The notes below the pieces were generated by a model. That model was not told the origin of the DNA and made no database searches. It was given only the letters and a program-made list of their open reading frames with translations. A stretch of 64,000 bases of DNA, from positions 1,821,573 to 1,885,572 of the forward strand of contig OZ316899.1 in NCBI GenBank assembly GCA_973895155.1. Direction: 5' to 3'. Origin of the DNA: Marsupella aquatica (Eukaryota > Plantae > Marchantiophyta). Each line of letters opens with the position of its first letter. Within the stretch, counting starts at the first letter, position 1. The position numbers and the translations under genes are program-made. Positions 24,422 through 36,838 of this stretch are shown here, one piece after another.

Positions 24422-26465
24422 TGAAGCGGAAACAATTCCTCCTTTATTCGCTTGCCAGCTCTCTTAATGTCCTTCTGGAGTGCAACCTCATTCTCGTCCT
24501 TCTCCAGCTCTACCAACTGCTCCTTCACACTAGCCATGACTGCTGGAAAAAATAAACTGGGATGCGTACGATCAAAATCACTATCCTGGGAAGGACTGGG
24601 ATCACCAGGTACAACTTGCGGGTCCTCATTGACAGGGGCCTTGCCGTTAGAACCCGAAGACGTGGAATCAGACGCATCTTCCTTCCACGGCTTCTAGTTC
24701 TTGATAATTTCCTCCCACCTTTGCTTTCTTCTGGTGGATCTAGTGGACACACGGTAACAATCGGCATCAACCTCTTCTTCGGAATAAGTGGACAGGGCGT
24801 CTGCTTCATCGTCAGAAGGTGCAAATTCTCCTCGTGGTTCTTCACGCCATCCTAAGTCAATATGATTCACCTGGGCTCCTCCCGGCATAGTTCCTGCCGG
24901 TAATACCTTTGGTGCGGGTTTGACAGGTACAGCAGCCATCCCGGCTAACCAAATAGGGCATTGGGTAAGTATATGCCCTTCTCCTTTGCAACCCATACAA
25001 AGCTTGACTGGCTGACCATCCGCCTGCTTCCTTGCATTGGTGCACTCCCGAGAGAAGTGACCTGGTTGACCTGGTTGTAGCATGCTGCAAATCTCTGAAC
25101 ATTTGGTTGTGGAGGGGTAGTTGGATTTTGAATGATGCGGGGATACATCTCCCCTTCATTAGTTCTCAACGCTCCCCACAAAGAAGTGGGTCGGTTAGCC
25201 AAATCTCGGGCTCCGGCCTCACTGATACCGAACACACTATCCGCGGCATCTCCAAGTATGTACTCCACCTCAAACTCCCCTATCGTTCCGTCGGTTATCA
25301 ATCGAACATGCTTTGTACCACGCTTTGGACAGACATCCTTATGATGTCCGGTGGTATAACAGTGAGCGCACCATACTAAAGTGTCATCGGTTGGCTCCTT
25401 CTTCACCGGCTTTGCGTTGGCTAATAATGCCTTCAGTTGCTCCGTGATAGCTGTCAACTGATCCGGAGATGCCTTCTTGGGATCCAACTTGGTTTTCACC
25501 TTTTCCGCAACCCTCTCTTTCTTTGTGATTTTCTTCTTCTTACTCCTGTCACCATCCTCCGAGCTGGAAGATGTTTCACTCTTACCGGTATCACTCTCAG
25601 AGCTACTACTCTCCTCCTTGGTTTTCTTGGATCGCTTCTTCTTGGCCTTTTTCTTGCCGGATTCCTCCTCTGAAGATGAATCCTCAGACTTATAGTGTTT
25701 TTTCTGGCTCGTGATATCAGCATTGATGTATAACTGAATATCACGAATCACCTCTGCTAAAGACTCCGGATTCCCCTTCCTAATTGCGAAACTCATCTTC
25801 TGAGGTAGAGCATTAACCAACCACTGCAACTGCATCTCGTCTGATGCATTGGTCTTGGTTTGTCGCACCAATTTGTGGAATCGCTGCAAGAATTTCCGGA
25901 AAGACTTGTTCTCCTTGAATTGAAGCCGTCCTAGCTTCAACATTGCCAACTCAGACGTCCCAATGGGACGGAACTCCTTGACAAACAGTTGCTTGAAGGT
26001 GACCCATTCATTCTGCTCCCCTGGTTCCAAATTGGAGTACCATGGTCAAGCCTCACCCTTAAACAACCTGGGTAAGATCTGGATCTTGATAGCAGACTCT
26101 CCATTACCAGTTGCAGTCCCATCAAACTCCTCCAGCCAGTCATCCGGATCCTCCTCATGTTTACCATGAAATGCTTTGTAATGGATTTGTGATCTCTGAC
26201 TGAGCCGTGGTGCTGCTCGCCCACCAAATTGTGGATCCGGCTCACCCATCTCTTGCACTGGTGAACTGGGTTGGGTACTGGGCGCGTTACTACTCAACAG
26301 ATCCCCTTCCACGGTTTCCAATTCCACTCCAAAAGCACTTCGTGAACCGCCGTTGCCGATGGCAGTCTTCACCCTCTTCGACTCTTTCCACCTCGCAATT
26401 TTCTGCAACCGCGCTTCTTCCCTTAGTGTTGCTCGCTCTTCTCGTGGTGTGAATTTGTTCATCAC
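24422..26465 (-). pseudogene. gag: Family-A gag with three CCHC knuckles; premature stop at 26046 and frameshifts
   Basis: EDPDDWLEEF and LFKGEA*PWY capsid motifs; knuckles CAHCYTTGHHKDVC, CYN.GQPGHFSREC (frameshifted) and CMGCKGEGHILTQC. Confidence 0.88.
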
Positions 26466-26503
26466 CTAACACTGCGCAACAAACAATCCACAAGTAAGAA
26501 TGC

Positions 26504-26521
26504 CCCCTCCATCTAGCGCCA
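26504..26521 (-). promoter_or_regulatory. Primer-binding site, probably tRNA-Asn
   Basis: TGGCGCTAGATGGAGGGG, 4 nt after the 5' LTR end. It differs by one base from the complement of the plant tRNA-Asn(GUU) 3' end as I recall it (TGGCGCTAGAAGGAGGGG). Confidence 0.75.
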
Positions 26522-26525
26522 AAAA

Positions 26526-29500
26526 TGTGGCACGTATCCCAAGACCTCTAACCCCAAGAACTACCCTCAACCGATCGTAAACCACTTGTTTATGTCCGTC
26601 CTCTTGCCGTATGGCAGCTATTCGTCTTGGAAACGCGATACTCTCCTTCGATCCACACTTACCGGACCGATTCTTTCACTGGGCTTGTGAATTGTGCACA
26701 ACTGAGACACCTAATTCCTCTTTAACTTCTTCAGGTATATTTGTATTCCGCCCCCGGAATGTACCTCTACGGCTTAATTTCTTAAGCCGGCTGAAGGTCT
26801 TTTTTAGACTGACTCAACCCACACTTCACCAACTAACACTCTCAATCCACACTTTTCTCTCAGAGTTTGATTGGGCAGTCTCCAATCAAGACAATGCGAT
26901 TGTATTTTGCTCAACAGTTCTCCCTATCTAACTCAAATCGATCAAGCAACAAATATCACAACACTCAACTTCTTGGATGGCAAGAATCTGCGAACTAGGC
27001 AATGAGGCCAACTCAATTCAAACAATTGCTCAGAAATCCAAGGGAACTGGTGGTTTACTGATACCCTGCGGTCTAGATTTAGCCGAAAGCTTCCTGTGCT
27101 CACAACAATACAGATTTACACTAAAGCCTTGACTAAGAAAAATCCCCCTGAGCCACGCTGCCCAGGTTTTTATCCTTGCAGCGTATTCAGGGGAAAAAAG
27201 GCGGAAATCCTAACCACCACTCACAGCCTTCCACCACGATAATCTTATTATTAACCAAAAACAAGACTAATCTGCCTAAGCCGGAAACCCGATAGATTCG
27301 GACTTCTAACATTAATCAAACTATTCAAGCCGACAGGGCGCTACTTGCCCTGTCCACATCCTACAACGGCCGCGTCCTCCTGGCCCAAGCCCTTCTCCTT
27401 CCGCCACGTCCTCCTTCCAACTGACGACTGGCCCGCCTTAATTGTCAGATGACCGGTGGTAATCCTGAGCCGTCCGACTCTGCACCTTCCCCTGTACTTG
27501 GCTTCGGCTGACTTCCCTTGGCCACGTTAACTATGGCTTCGGGTTTGGCCTCGGCTTCCTCCTCCTCGACAATGGCCTGAAGAGCTTTTTGCCTTAACTT
27601 CCTCAATCCAAGCCTGCTCCTCGATGCGCTCGGTCTCGAGAACCCACGGCTTTACGATCTGGGCGTCCATAGAAGCAGTACCATCGTTTGATCCTGTTAC
27701 CGCAGCTCCAAGTTGATCCGCAGTACTTACTTCTACCACAGCTGCCTTCAGGGCCACAGTACCGCAAATGTGAGTGGCCATGCTCTTGACTTCTTCCGGA
27801 GTGGCTTTAAGGGGCTTAACTTTATTATCGCCCGACCCCATAAATGTTTTTGCCAAATCTGCCACCAACTGCATGGCTTTGCCCCCAGTCACGCTTGACA
27901 GTAGTGAGCTCGGCTTCGGCTTCGGTTTTATAGTAACTCCGACTACCATACTCCTGACGGGAAGCCTTTCAGTTGGTGACCCATATCCCGCTTCGGCATA
28001 CTTCTTCAATTTCTCCGTTTGATTGTCGGCACGCCTTTGCAACCCGATCATCTTATCCTTGGCCTCCTCCAATTCCTGAGATACGTCTTCAACTTCATCG
28101 TTAAGCCGTAGTATCTCGGCCCTGGCCGTCTTCAGCTCCTCATTTAAGATCTGCACGATCTCCAACTCTTGCTTATCTACGGCTGCCTTCAAGGAGTCGT
28201 TGATACCTTCCAGTTTCGTGACCTTGTCCGTCCATGCCTGCTTTGTCCTGGTTAGCTCCTCCTGAAGCTCCTTGCGTATTTGTTGAACCCGGTTTAGGTG
28301 ATCATTGGCCGCTGTGCACATGGCGTCATCATGCTTCTCCCGCATGGTCTCCAACCGGTCGAGTAACTTGTCATACTTCCTTTGGGCTTCAGCCAAGGCC
28401 TTCTCGCTCTGGGTGGCCTGCTCCTTAGCCGTCTTTCTGAGCCTCTCGACTTGGCAATTTAAACCCTGTACTTCTGCTCTTGAATCGGCTAACTCCAGCT
28501 CTACCTTTGTCAACTTTTCCTTGATCTGCTGGTTATCCAATTGGTAGTTTCCCAATTGGTTGTTCGCCACTTCCAATTCCTGTTGCTTAGCCAAGAGATC
28601 CTGCTGTGCTTGTTGATTCACCCTTGAATTAGCCACCTCTGCTTTCATGCCGCGAAGCCGAGTGATCACTTCCTCCTTCTTCAATCGCTCCAATGTCATT
28701 GCCTCCTCCAGTCTCGTCTGATCAGCCATTTCTTTTCTAAGAAATGGCCCGGATTCTAACTCGTTGCCGAAGATTTCTAAGGCTAAGAGTCCACACATGT
28801 CTCCATACTCCTTAGCCCAATTTCTTGCATAGTTTGACCTCCCAAGTGATACTGGCATCTGCCATCAAGGTCGTCTCTCCCAAGCCTCTGCCCGTAATTG
28901 ATCAAAGTGAGTGGGAGGTTCGGCTTGCCTCTTACTAAGCCGTCTTATTTCTTCCGGCCACTCTCCTCCTTGTAGCTGGTATTCCTGTTCTGCATTCCGG
29001 GCCCCCCACTCCTTAATCTTCTCATGTAGCCCGGCTTCAGCTTCCTTCATCTTGTCAAATTCCAATGGCGTCACATCTGGTGGAGGAGATTCTGGTGTTT
29101 TCTGGTCCTCCGGCTTGCCATAGAAGACCGCGGGAAGTCTTCTACAAAACCTTCCCATCGTTCTAACTCCTGGTACCGGCCTCTCCCCGTGATCGACATA
29201 GTCGTCGTCATAATCATCCACATTAACCTGACTACCTAGCATGTCGGCCTCTCCTCCAAAGCCCCCGATCTCTTCCTCTGAATATTGTTGGCTGCTGCTG
29301 GTTGACCTTCCTCCACGGGTCCCTCCACATGGGCTTTGCTAGAAGCTCTTACTACCGGCCTCTGCTGGCTTTGGCTTACCTCCTCATCTGTCTCTGAATC
29401 CATTTGCTCATCATATTTCTTTCTCTCTTTGGCAGTCATCTTCCTCCACCTCCTCAAGTGGTGCAGTGATCTGCATCCATTCTTGTATAGGCAATACTGG

Positions 29501-30963
29501 TGCAAAAGACTGGCTTCTTGCATATCGGCAAAGTAATTGCAGATGGTACCCTAGTCTGGATACTGCTCCCTCCCCAATGCTCTGCTTCTCTTTGTTTAAT
29601 GCCTTCTTCAACTACATTAAGAGATAGCCGTTGTAGTCCCGGCTTGCATCGATATTCTCCACCAAAAATACCTGGGCTTTGCCAATTTCTGCTCTCGGCA
29701 AGGTACAATGCAATGTGACTCTTAGGAAATCAATCAGCTGCCCTATATGTGGGTTGGTACATTGATTCCTAAAAAACCCATTCTTAGTGGAAGGCCCTAG
29801 AAATGACCTGAACTGGTCATCCGACAACGTCTTCCTCTGCTCCACCTTAGTCTTCCTTCCAATTGGTAGAGCGAACACGGCTTTGATAAGCGCAGGTGTT
29901 AGTTTGAACACCTTTCCATACAACAGCGTCGTGTTGGAAGAAGCCTCCCAGTATCCCACGAAGTCCAACAGATCCTCATCCGGTATGTCTACCATCCTCC
30001 AAGACAACCTGACAAAGCCCTCCAACCCAGTGTCATTTATATATCCTGCATATTTATTATCCTGAACGGCACTGAAGACCTCATCCTCATCTCTTGCGAA
30101 CTGTAATTGTAAATCGGCAGGTAACCTATCCGCCCACCCTGTCATGGTTTTATCCTCTACAGCCCGATCTCTAACTGGCCCGGATTCCATCTTGATTGGT
30201 CTCTCTGACCTAGTTCGCTTTGCTGGAGTTGCGGATGCCGAACTTCCCTTGCACTTCATCTCTTCAGCGCCTGAATACTCCCCAAGAATAGCTGCCTTCG
30301 TCCACTTTGCAGTGTGACCCTTTAATTCCCAAAGTGGCTCCCCTGCGTTCTTGATTGCCTCCCTGATCCCCACAACCTTATTCTCCCGAATCAGCAATTT
30401 GTCAAGCTCCGCACTGGTGGGTGTCCACGAGAACTTTTCCAATACCTCCTCCGTATCTACGAATGCCAATTTGTGAATTCCCCACAATCGCGCAAGCTCC
30501 GCTTGTTTTCTGGCTGCGCGCTCCGGCTCAACATCTTCATACGTAGGTATCAGCTGCCTTGCTTCTTCAAGAAAATAGCCCCAAAACTTCCCTGCCTGAT
30601 TCACCGTGTTCATTCCACCAAATGCCAAGAACTTGCGCAATTTCCCAAACCACCTCCCTCGATCGATCGGCAGCTGATTCCACCTCCCTAGGTTGATCAA
30701 ACAAGCAATTGCACAAGTGTACAGAGTGTCGGTCCCCTTCCTACAAAGCCGCCTCCTGATGGCTTACCTGATCAAGCCCCGATTAGGTCATAACCCTAAT
30801 CCTACTTAATCGCGACTGTTGGATCCGATCCTATCACAATCTCCCCCGGACACGTTGCAATCGGCTTCGATCCTTATTCCTCCCTTATTCTATCTACCTA
30901 ATCTTTATTTACCCATTATTTTAGGCTTAACTAAGTACTTCGTGATCCTGGCAAGGCATCACA
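26526..30963 (-). repeat. Family-A 5' LTR (4438 bp)
   Basis: Collinear with the 3' LTR apart from a ~180-bp deletion near 29443; ends CCACA before the PBS. Confidence 0.92.
27445..30790 (-). pseudogene. Family-A LTR-encoded accessory protein (5' LTR copy)
   Basis: ORFs 29612-30700, 28865-29242 and 27527-28858 duplicate those in the 3' LTR. Confidence 0.78.
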
Positions 30964-31279
30964 CTTCTACTCACTCCGCCTATGCTAAAGAAAGAGCCAT
31001 GGAGTACGGGGAGATGTGTGGGGAACTTGCGCTCAGCATCTTTGGGGAGGAGTTGGACGAGGGACCCTTTTCCAGAGGGAGATGTTGGAGAAGCGCCAAT
31101 TAGAAGAAGCGGTGGGTTTGGAGAGAAGCAAGAAGGACAAGGTCATCCGTCGGCTTAGGGCAAGGGAAGCCAAGGTAGAAGACTTGAAGGCGGCCAAGAA
31201 AGCCCAAGATGAGCTGCGGATTAAGCGGCATGAGCTAAACATCATGCAGGGGCAATTGGATACCGCGCAGTCTGATAAT

Positions 31280-31466
31280 TGTTAGAATATATTTAACCCT
31301 TAGTACATATGATACAAAGAGGTATGCAATACCTAGATATAAAGAGACACAAGACTAGGAGAGGGTAGTTACAACTACCCCAATGTACAACATATAATAA
31401 CCCACATTGGCTTAAGAGAAATTTCAATCATCTTTTATTGGTGTATATATATTTCACAATTTAACA
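31280..31466 (+). repeat. Copia 5' LTR
   Basis: TGTTAGAA...TTTAACA; direct repeat of 36652-36838. Confidence 0.95.
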
Positions 31467-31468
31467 CA

Positions 31469-31478
31469 TTATCAGCAC
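31469..31478 (+). promoter_or_regulatory. Copia primer-binding site of the non-TGG, Bianca-type class
   Basis: TTATCAGCAC, 2 nt after the LTR, with no TGG start. Confidence 0.65.
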
Positions 31479-31627
31479 ATGATTTTTCTCCTCCAACAAC
31501 TCTCGAGCTACTCATAGGCCTCTTGTGAATTTTTTCCTATTTTTCTTGTGAACGAAGCATCGAACGAAATTCCCCAAGACACATTTTCTTTTCTTTTGCC
31601 AAGTACACCACAAAATTTTCATCGACT

Positions 31628-34600
31628 ATGACAACATTGGAGAAGCTCCAATTCCCATTGCTCGCAACAGATGGCGACAATTATTTATCTTGGGCACAGA
31701 ATACAGAAATTGTTCTCAACATGAAAGGTCTCGGCGACATTATCTTAGCAGATATCAATGGCACATTACAACAAAAGGCTCAGGCACTATATATCATTCG
31801 CCATCACCTCGCTGCCGAACTACAACTTGAATACCTTACAGAGTTTAATCCCCGAGCCCTATGGGACGCTCTCAAATTGAGGTTTGACCATCTGCGTCTA
31901 ATTTCCCTACCAGCTGCACAAAATGAATGGATTCATTTACGAGTTCTAGACTACCCTACAATTGCCAAATTCAATAGCGCCTTATTTCGGATAACTGCTC
32001 AGCTAGCAGCCTGCGGCGAACCAATTGATGAAGCAGCAAAGATCGAAAAGACTCTTTCTACATTCTCAGCAGCAAACATGCAGTTACGCAGATTTATAGA
32101 CAACGCCATTTCACCCAATTCTCAGATTTGATTGCAGTCATGCTCCTGGCTGAAAAGAATGACCTCCTCCTTTTGAAGAACTCTCGCGAGCGACCACCAG
32201 GCACGCTTCCTAAACCGGAAATACAATTCATGAATACCAATAGAGGTAATCCCTCTTACAACCGACCTCGTGGCCAATTTAAAGGCAATCCAAGTTGTTT
32301 TAATAAATTCCACAAGAGACAACAATTTCGCACAGACAAAGGCAAAAACTTCAAGCCCCCCATGAATTCTTGGTATCGTAACCCCAATCAAATGCCAAAT
32401 AAACCTGCACAGAGTTATCCCACAAATAATCAGCCCAAGTGTTTCCGTTGCGGTGGGACAGGGCATATCCAAAAGAATTGCAGAGTTCAAGCTCACCTAG
32501 TCAAACTATACCAGGCCTCCCTCACAACATCCAACACCTTAATAGCCGCACATCACTTGGAGATCGATGACGATCTCTCCAAATCACGCTTACACCTCCC
32601 GCACCAGAGGTTCATATAATATCACATGAAGTAAATGACACATCTCTCGCTGGTGCTGATATTTGCATTCTTGACAGCGGCACTTCTCACTCAATCCTAA
32701 AAGACAAATGTTATTTCCAGCACATATACTCATCAAATAGACCTGTGACTACTATCACAGGTATAAACCAATTAGAGGAAGGCCATGGAACTGCCCAACT
32801 TACCCTTCCTCAAGGCACAACCATTAAAATTGCATCTGCCATATATGCCCCACTCGCGACACGGAACTTACTAAGTTTCCATGATGTCCGTCAAAACAAT
32901 CTCCATATACGCTCTGCACCCGACAACCACATAAACTCTCTACAGATTTTTCGAGAAACTGATAATGGCCCCATCACACTAGAGACATTACCACTCCATC
33001 CCCCCGGCGTTTATGCCACTAAGATCATGTCTTACAATTCCCAACGACAACAATTATCCCCAACAGAATTATGGCATCCGCCTCGGCCACCCAGGCCCAG
33101 GGATGTACCATAAAATTATGAAGAACACCATTGGCATACCAAAAGGAGTACACCCATACACAAAGTTAGACACTTGCATCCCCTGTGCACAAGGCAAATT
33201 TATCACTCATCCAGCTTCCACCAAGAACACCTATCAAATCCCTGACTTCCTCTCACAGATCAATGTGGACGTTTGCGGACCTATTGATCCACCGAGTGGA
33301 CCATTTAGGTTTTTCCTAGTAATGATATGCTCCTCCACCAAATGGTCCTCTGTTTCTTTAATTTCCACAAGAAACCTTGTCTTTGCCAGACTGCTAACAC
33401 AGCTTATACGTCTTCGCACTCAATTCCCTGACTCTCCTACCAAAATAATTCGAATTGATAATGCTGGCGAATTTACATCACCAGCATTCAATGACTTCTG
33501 TCAAGTCCTGGGCATCACAATCCAATACTCAGTACCATATGTACATTTCCAGAATGGTACTGCAGAGGCATTAATAAAACGTTTATAGATGATCTCAAGA
33601 CCTATGCTATTACAGACACAACTCCCACTTACAGCCTGGGGACATGCTATACTCCATGGCGCTGCACTACTGCGATATAGACCATCGGCTTTTAATATTT
33701 ACACACCACACCAACTAGCATATGGCTCTATACCAGATATTACACACCTGAAAGTGTTTGGCTGCCTTGTTCTAGTACCCATTCTTGGCCCCAAGCACAC
33801 CAAGATGGGACCACAGCGTCGACGTGGCATCTATGTTGGCTATGACTCTCCCTCGATAATAAGGTATCTCGAACCCACCACTGCTGATGTGTTTCGAGCT
33901 CGATACCAGGACTGTAAATTCTGTGAAGACATCTTCCCAACACTTCTAACTCCAGCACAACTCTCCAAACAGCCTGTCTCAACACACACATTAGAATGGA
34001 CAACAAAGGATCCATTCTTGAATGATCCTCGTACTCAATTGACAAACGATGAAGTGAAACGCATTCTGAATCTCCATCAAATTATGGAGAAAATACCTGA
34101 CGCATTTAATGATGCTACAAATGTAACGAAATCACATATAGATGCAGCCAATAGTCCTGCGAGAATTCATATACCAGATACACGAGCCACAGATCTCGCT
34201 CCCAAGGCTAAACGAGGCAGACCTTCAGGTTCCAAAGACTCTAGACCACGACAGAAGACACCTGTATCAACACATTTATCCTTACAATTACCACCAATTA
34301 TACAGGATGACAATGAAGAAATATCCATCCACTATATGCATACTGGACATTTATGGCATCGAAATTTAACTGAACCAGATGAGCATTTTGCTTTTCTTAT
34401 ATCCCAGGATATAACTAAAGATTTACCAGAACCTTGGACAATTAAAGAAGCACAACAACGACCAGACTGGCCCAAATGGAACTCTGCTATTAACTCTGAG
34501 CTTGATTCTCTGATATCTCGCCAAGTTTTTGGAGAACTCCGAATCGTCCCTGCTGCACAACACCTAACTAGGTATAGGATTATATTGATACGCAAACATA

Positions 34601-36297
34601 ATGCCGCAGGTGAAGTAATCCGCTACAAAGCCAGACTTGTGGCTAGAGGCTACACACAAATATATGGCAAAGATTACGACCTTACTCATTCACCGGTCAT
34701 GGACTCCATTACCTACCGATATCTGATTGCTTTTGCCCTCACACATCAAATTCGTATGCATCTTATGGACGTGGTAACTGCTTACCTTTACGGTATACTT
34801 GATATTGACATACAAATGCAAGCTCCACCTGAATTAATTCAGAGGGTAATTTTCCACATTAAGGGGGAGCATACAACCTCCCCAACCCCGGACCTAAAGT
34901 CGGGTATTGATAAGATTGTCCCTACACAGGACTTTCAAGACCATCTCATTCACTCAGGCCAAATGATACCTGCTGAAATACATGACTCATCAGCGGTCCA
35001 AAATAAAAAGGCCCAGCAAATTGCTAATGGTGAACAGTCAGCGGATTCACCATTGAATTATACTGAATTACTCGCTGAGGTAAATCCTGTTCACCACAGA
35101 ATCAATAAAGCCAAGAAACCAGAGAAAGCATTTGCTGTACAGGTTCTTAGGTCACTCTATGGTTTAAAGCAGAGTGGCTGCATCTGGTATAAACGTTTCC
35201 GTGCAGAGATGCTTGCACTTGGTTTCGTGAATGAGGACATTGCCCCTTGCCTTTTTATCAAAAGACATGGCACTGAATTTATAATCATAGCCATATATGT
35301 CGACGACATTAACCTAATGGGTACTAAACTCATTATGGATCAAACCATTACCACACTTAAGAGCATATTCGAAATGAAGGATATTGGTCAACCCCTATTT
35401 TGTATTGGCATTCAATTCAAACATTTATCCAACGGTATTCTTATTCATCAATCTACATATACCAGAAAACTATTAAAACAATTCAATATGGACAAAAGCT
35501 ATCCAGTCACGACACCTATGGAAATTCAATCTTCAAACACATCCAAAGATATGTATAAGCGCAGGACCGAACACGAACCAATCTTGGGCCCAGAGAAACC
35601 TTACCTCTCTGCTATAGGAGCCTTGATGTACCTGGCAAATCAAACCCGCCCAGACATCTCGTTCGCTGTCCACTTGCTTGCTCGCCACAACTCCCAACCG
35701 ACTATTAGACATTGGAATGGCATTAAGAGGATACTCCGCTACCTTCAAGGTACAATCGATACTGGCCTCTATTACCCTAAAGATGTACCTAACGAATTGA
35801 TTGGTTACGCAGATGCAGGTTACCTTACGGACCCCGATGATGCGAAATCCCAGACGGGATATGTATTTCTACAAGGACATACAGCCATATCCTGGAAAAG
35901 TACCAAGCAAACTTTGACGACCACATCCTCCAACCATGCGGAAATCATAGCACTATACGAAGCCAGCCGAGAATGCCTGTGGCTTCGACAACTTATCAAT
36001 CACATCCAGTCGTCTACAGGCCATGCAATTCTTACCAAGCCTACTATCATCTACGAGGATAACAAGCCTTGTGTTGACCAGATAGTTAAGGGCTTCATCA
36101 AGGGCGACCGAATCAAACATATTGCCCCCAAATTTTTCCACACGCATGAACAGCACGGGGACCAAATCAATGTTCAATGGATACCTTCTAAAGATAATCG
36201 CGCTGACCTTTTTACGAAGCCCTTACCTCGCATTCTCCACGAAGCGCATTCGACTGGAATAGGACTCCGTAGATTATCGGACTTCACTGCAATCTGA
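31628..36297 (+). pseudogene. pol: Copia gag-pol polyprotein with frameshifts (~32090, ~32600, ~33075) and one stop (33586)
   Basis: gag LEKLQFPLLATDGDNYLSWA; knuckle CFRCGGTGHIQKNC; PR ILDSGTSHS; INT NVDVCGP, IRIDNAGEF, NGTAEALIK; RT SLYGLKQSG, YVDDIN; RH GYADAGY, IYEDN, ADLFTKPL. Confidence 0.93.
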
Positions 36298-36642
36298 CTT
36301 CCCCACCTCTTCCATAAACTTCTTATTCCATTGCGACTCGACAACATTATGTTTCCCCACAATACTTCCTCTGTTCTATGCATATTCTACTGAACGTATG
36401 TTCTCCATACTCGAACATTTCGACACATCCTATCAAACACTCGTTTAAATTTAGCCATACATGATTACACTCCTTTCTTACTAGTTTTAACTCATTACAT
36501 GTAAGGTAGTGACACTCTTTTTACCCCAGAAGAAAGCAGGGGGTTTTTAATGAGGTCATACCCCAATGAGTTTTTCCATTATATTCAGAACTAGGCTTAA
36601 ATTTATTTCCAAAATGGCTACTTTAAGAAACATAAAGTAACC

Positions 36643-36651
36643 AAGGGGGAG
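36643..36651 (+). promoter_or_regulatory. Copia polypurine tract
   Basis: AAGGGGGAG directly before the 3' LTR. Confidence 0.9.
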
Positions 36652-36838
36652 TGTTAGAATATATTTAACCCTTAGTACATATGATACAAAGAGGTATGCA
36701 ATACCTAGATATAAAGAGACACAAGACTAGGAGAGGGTAGTTACAACTACCCCAATGTACAACATATAATAAGCCACATTGGCTTAAGAGAAATTTCAAT
36801 CATCTTTTGTTGGTGTATATATATTTCATAATTTAACA
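36652..36838 (+). repeat. Copia 3' LTR
   Basis: Direct repeat of 31280-31466, followed by TSD ATAAT. Confidence 0.95.

Larger units (their letters stand above)
15452..30963 (-). mobile_element. Full-length family-A Ty3/gypsy LTR retrotransposon (15.5 kb) with ~4.5-kb LTRs; no chromodomain seen
   Basis: Two LTRs with TGTGATGCC...CCACA termini; PBS after the 5' LTR and PPT before the 3' LTR; gag-PR-RT-RH-INT order. TSD CTTTT/CTTCT (15447-15451 and 30964-30968, 4 of 5 match). The empty site is seen at 46281-46300. Confidence 0.93.
31280..36838 (+). mobile_element. Ty1/copia LTR retrotransposon, Bianca-like (5559 bp)
   Basis: 187-bp LTRs at 31280-31466 and 36652-36838 (3 mismatches by eye); TSD ATAAT on both sides; PBS TTATCAGCAC; PPT AAGGGGGAG; gag-PR-INT-RT-RH order. 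The empty site is seen near 46600 (TCTGATAATCAGATT). Confidence 0.95.

Noticed and set aside
15452-30963. Segmental duplication or assembly artefact to explain the 4.5-kb repeats
   Set aside because: The repeats have TG...CA ends, abut a PPT and a PBS, are flanked by a TSD, differ by many substitutions and indels, and also occur as TSD-flanked solo LTRs.
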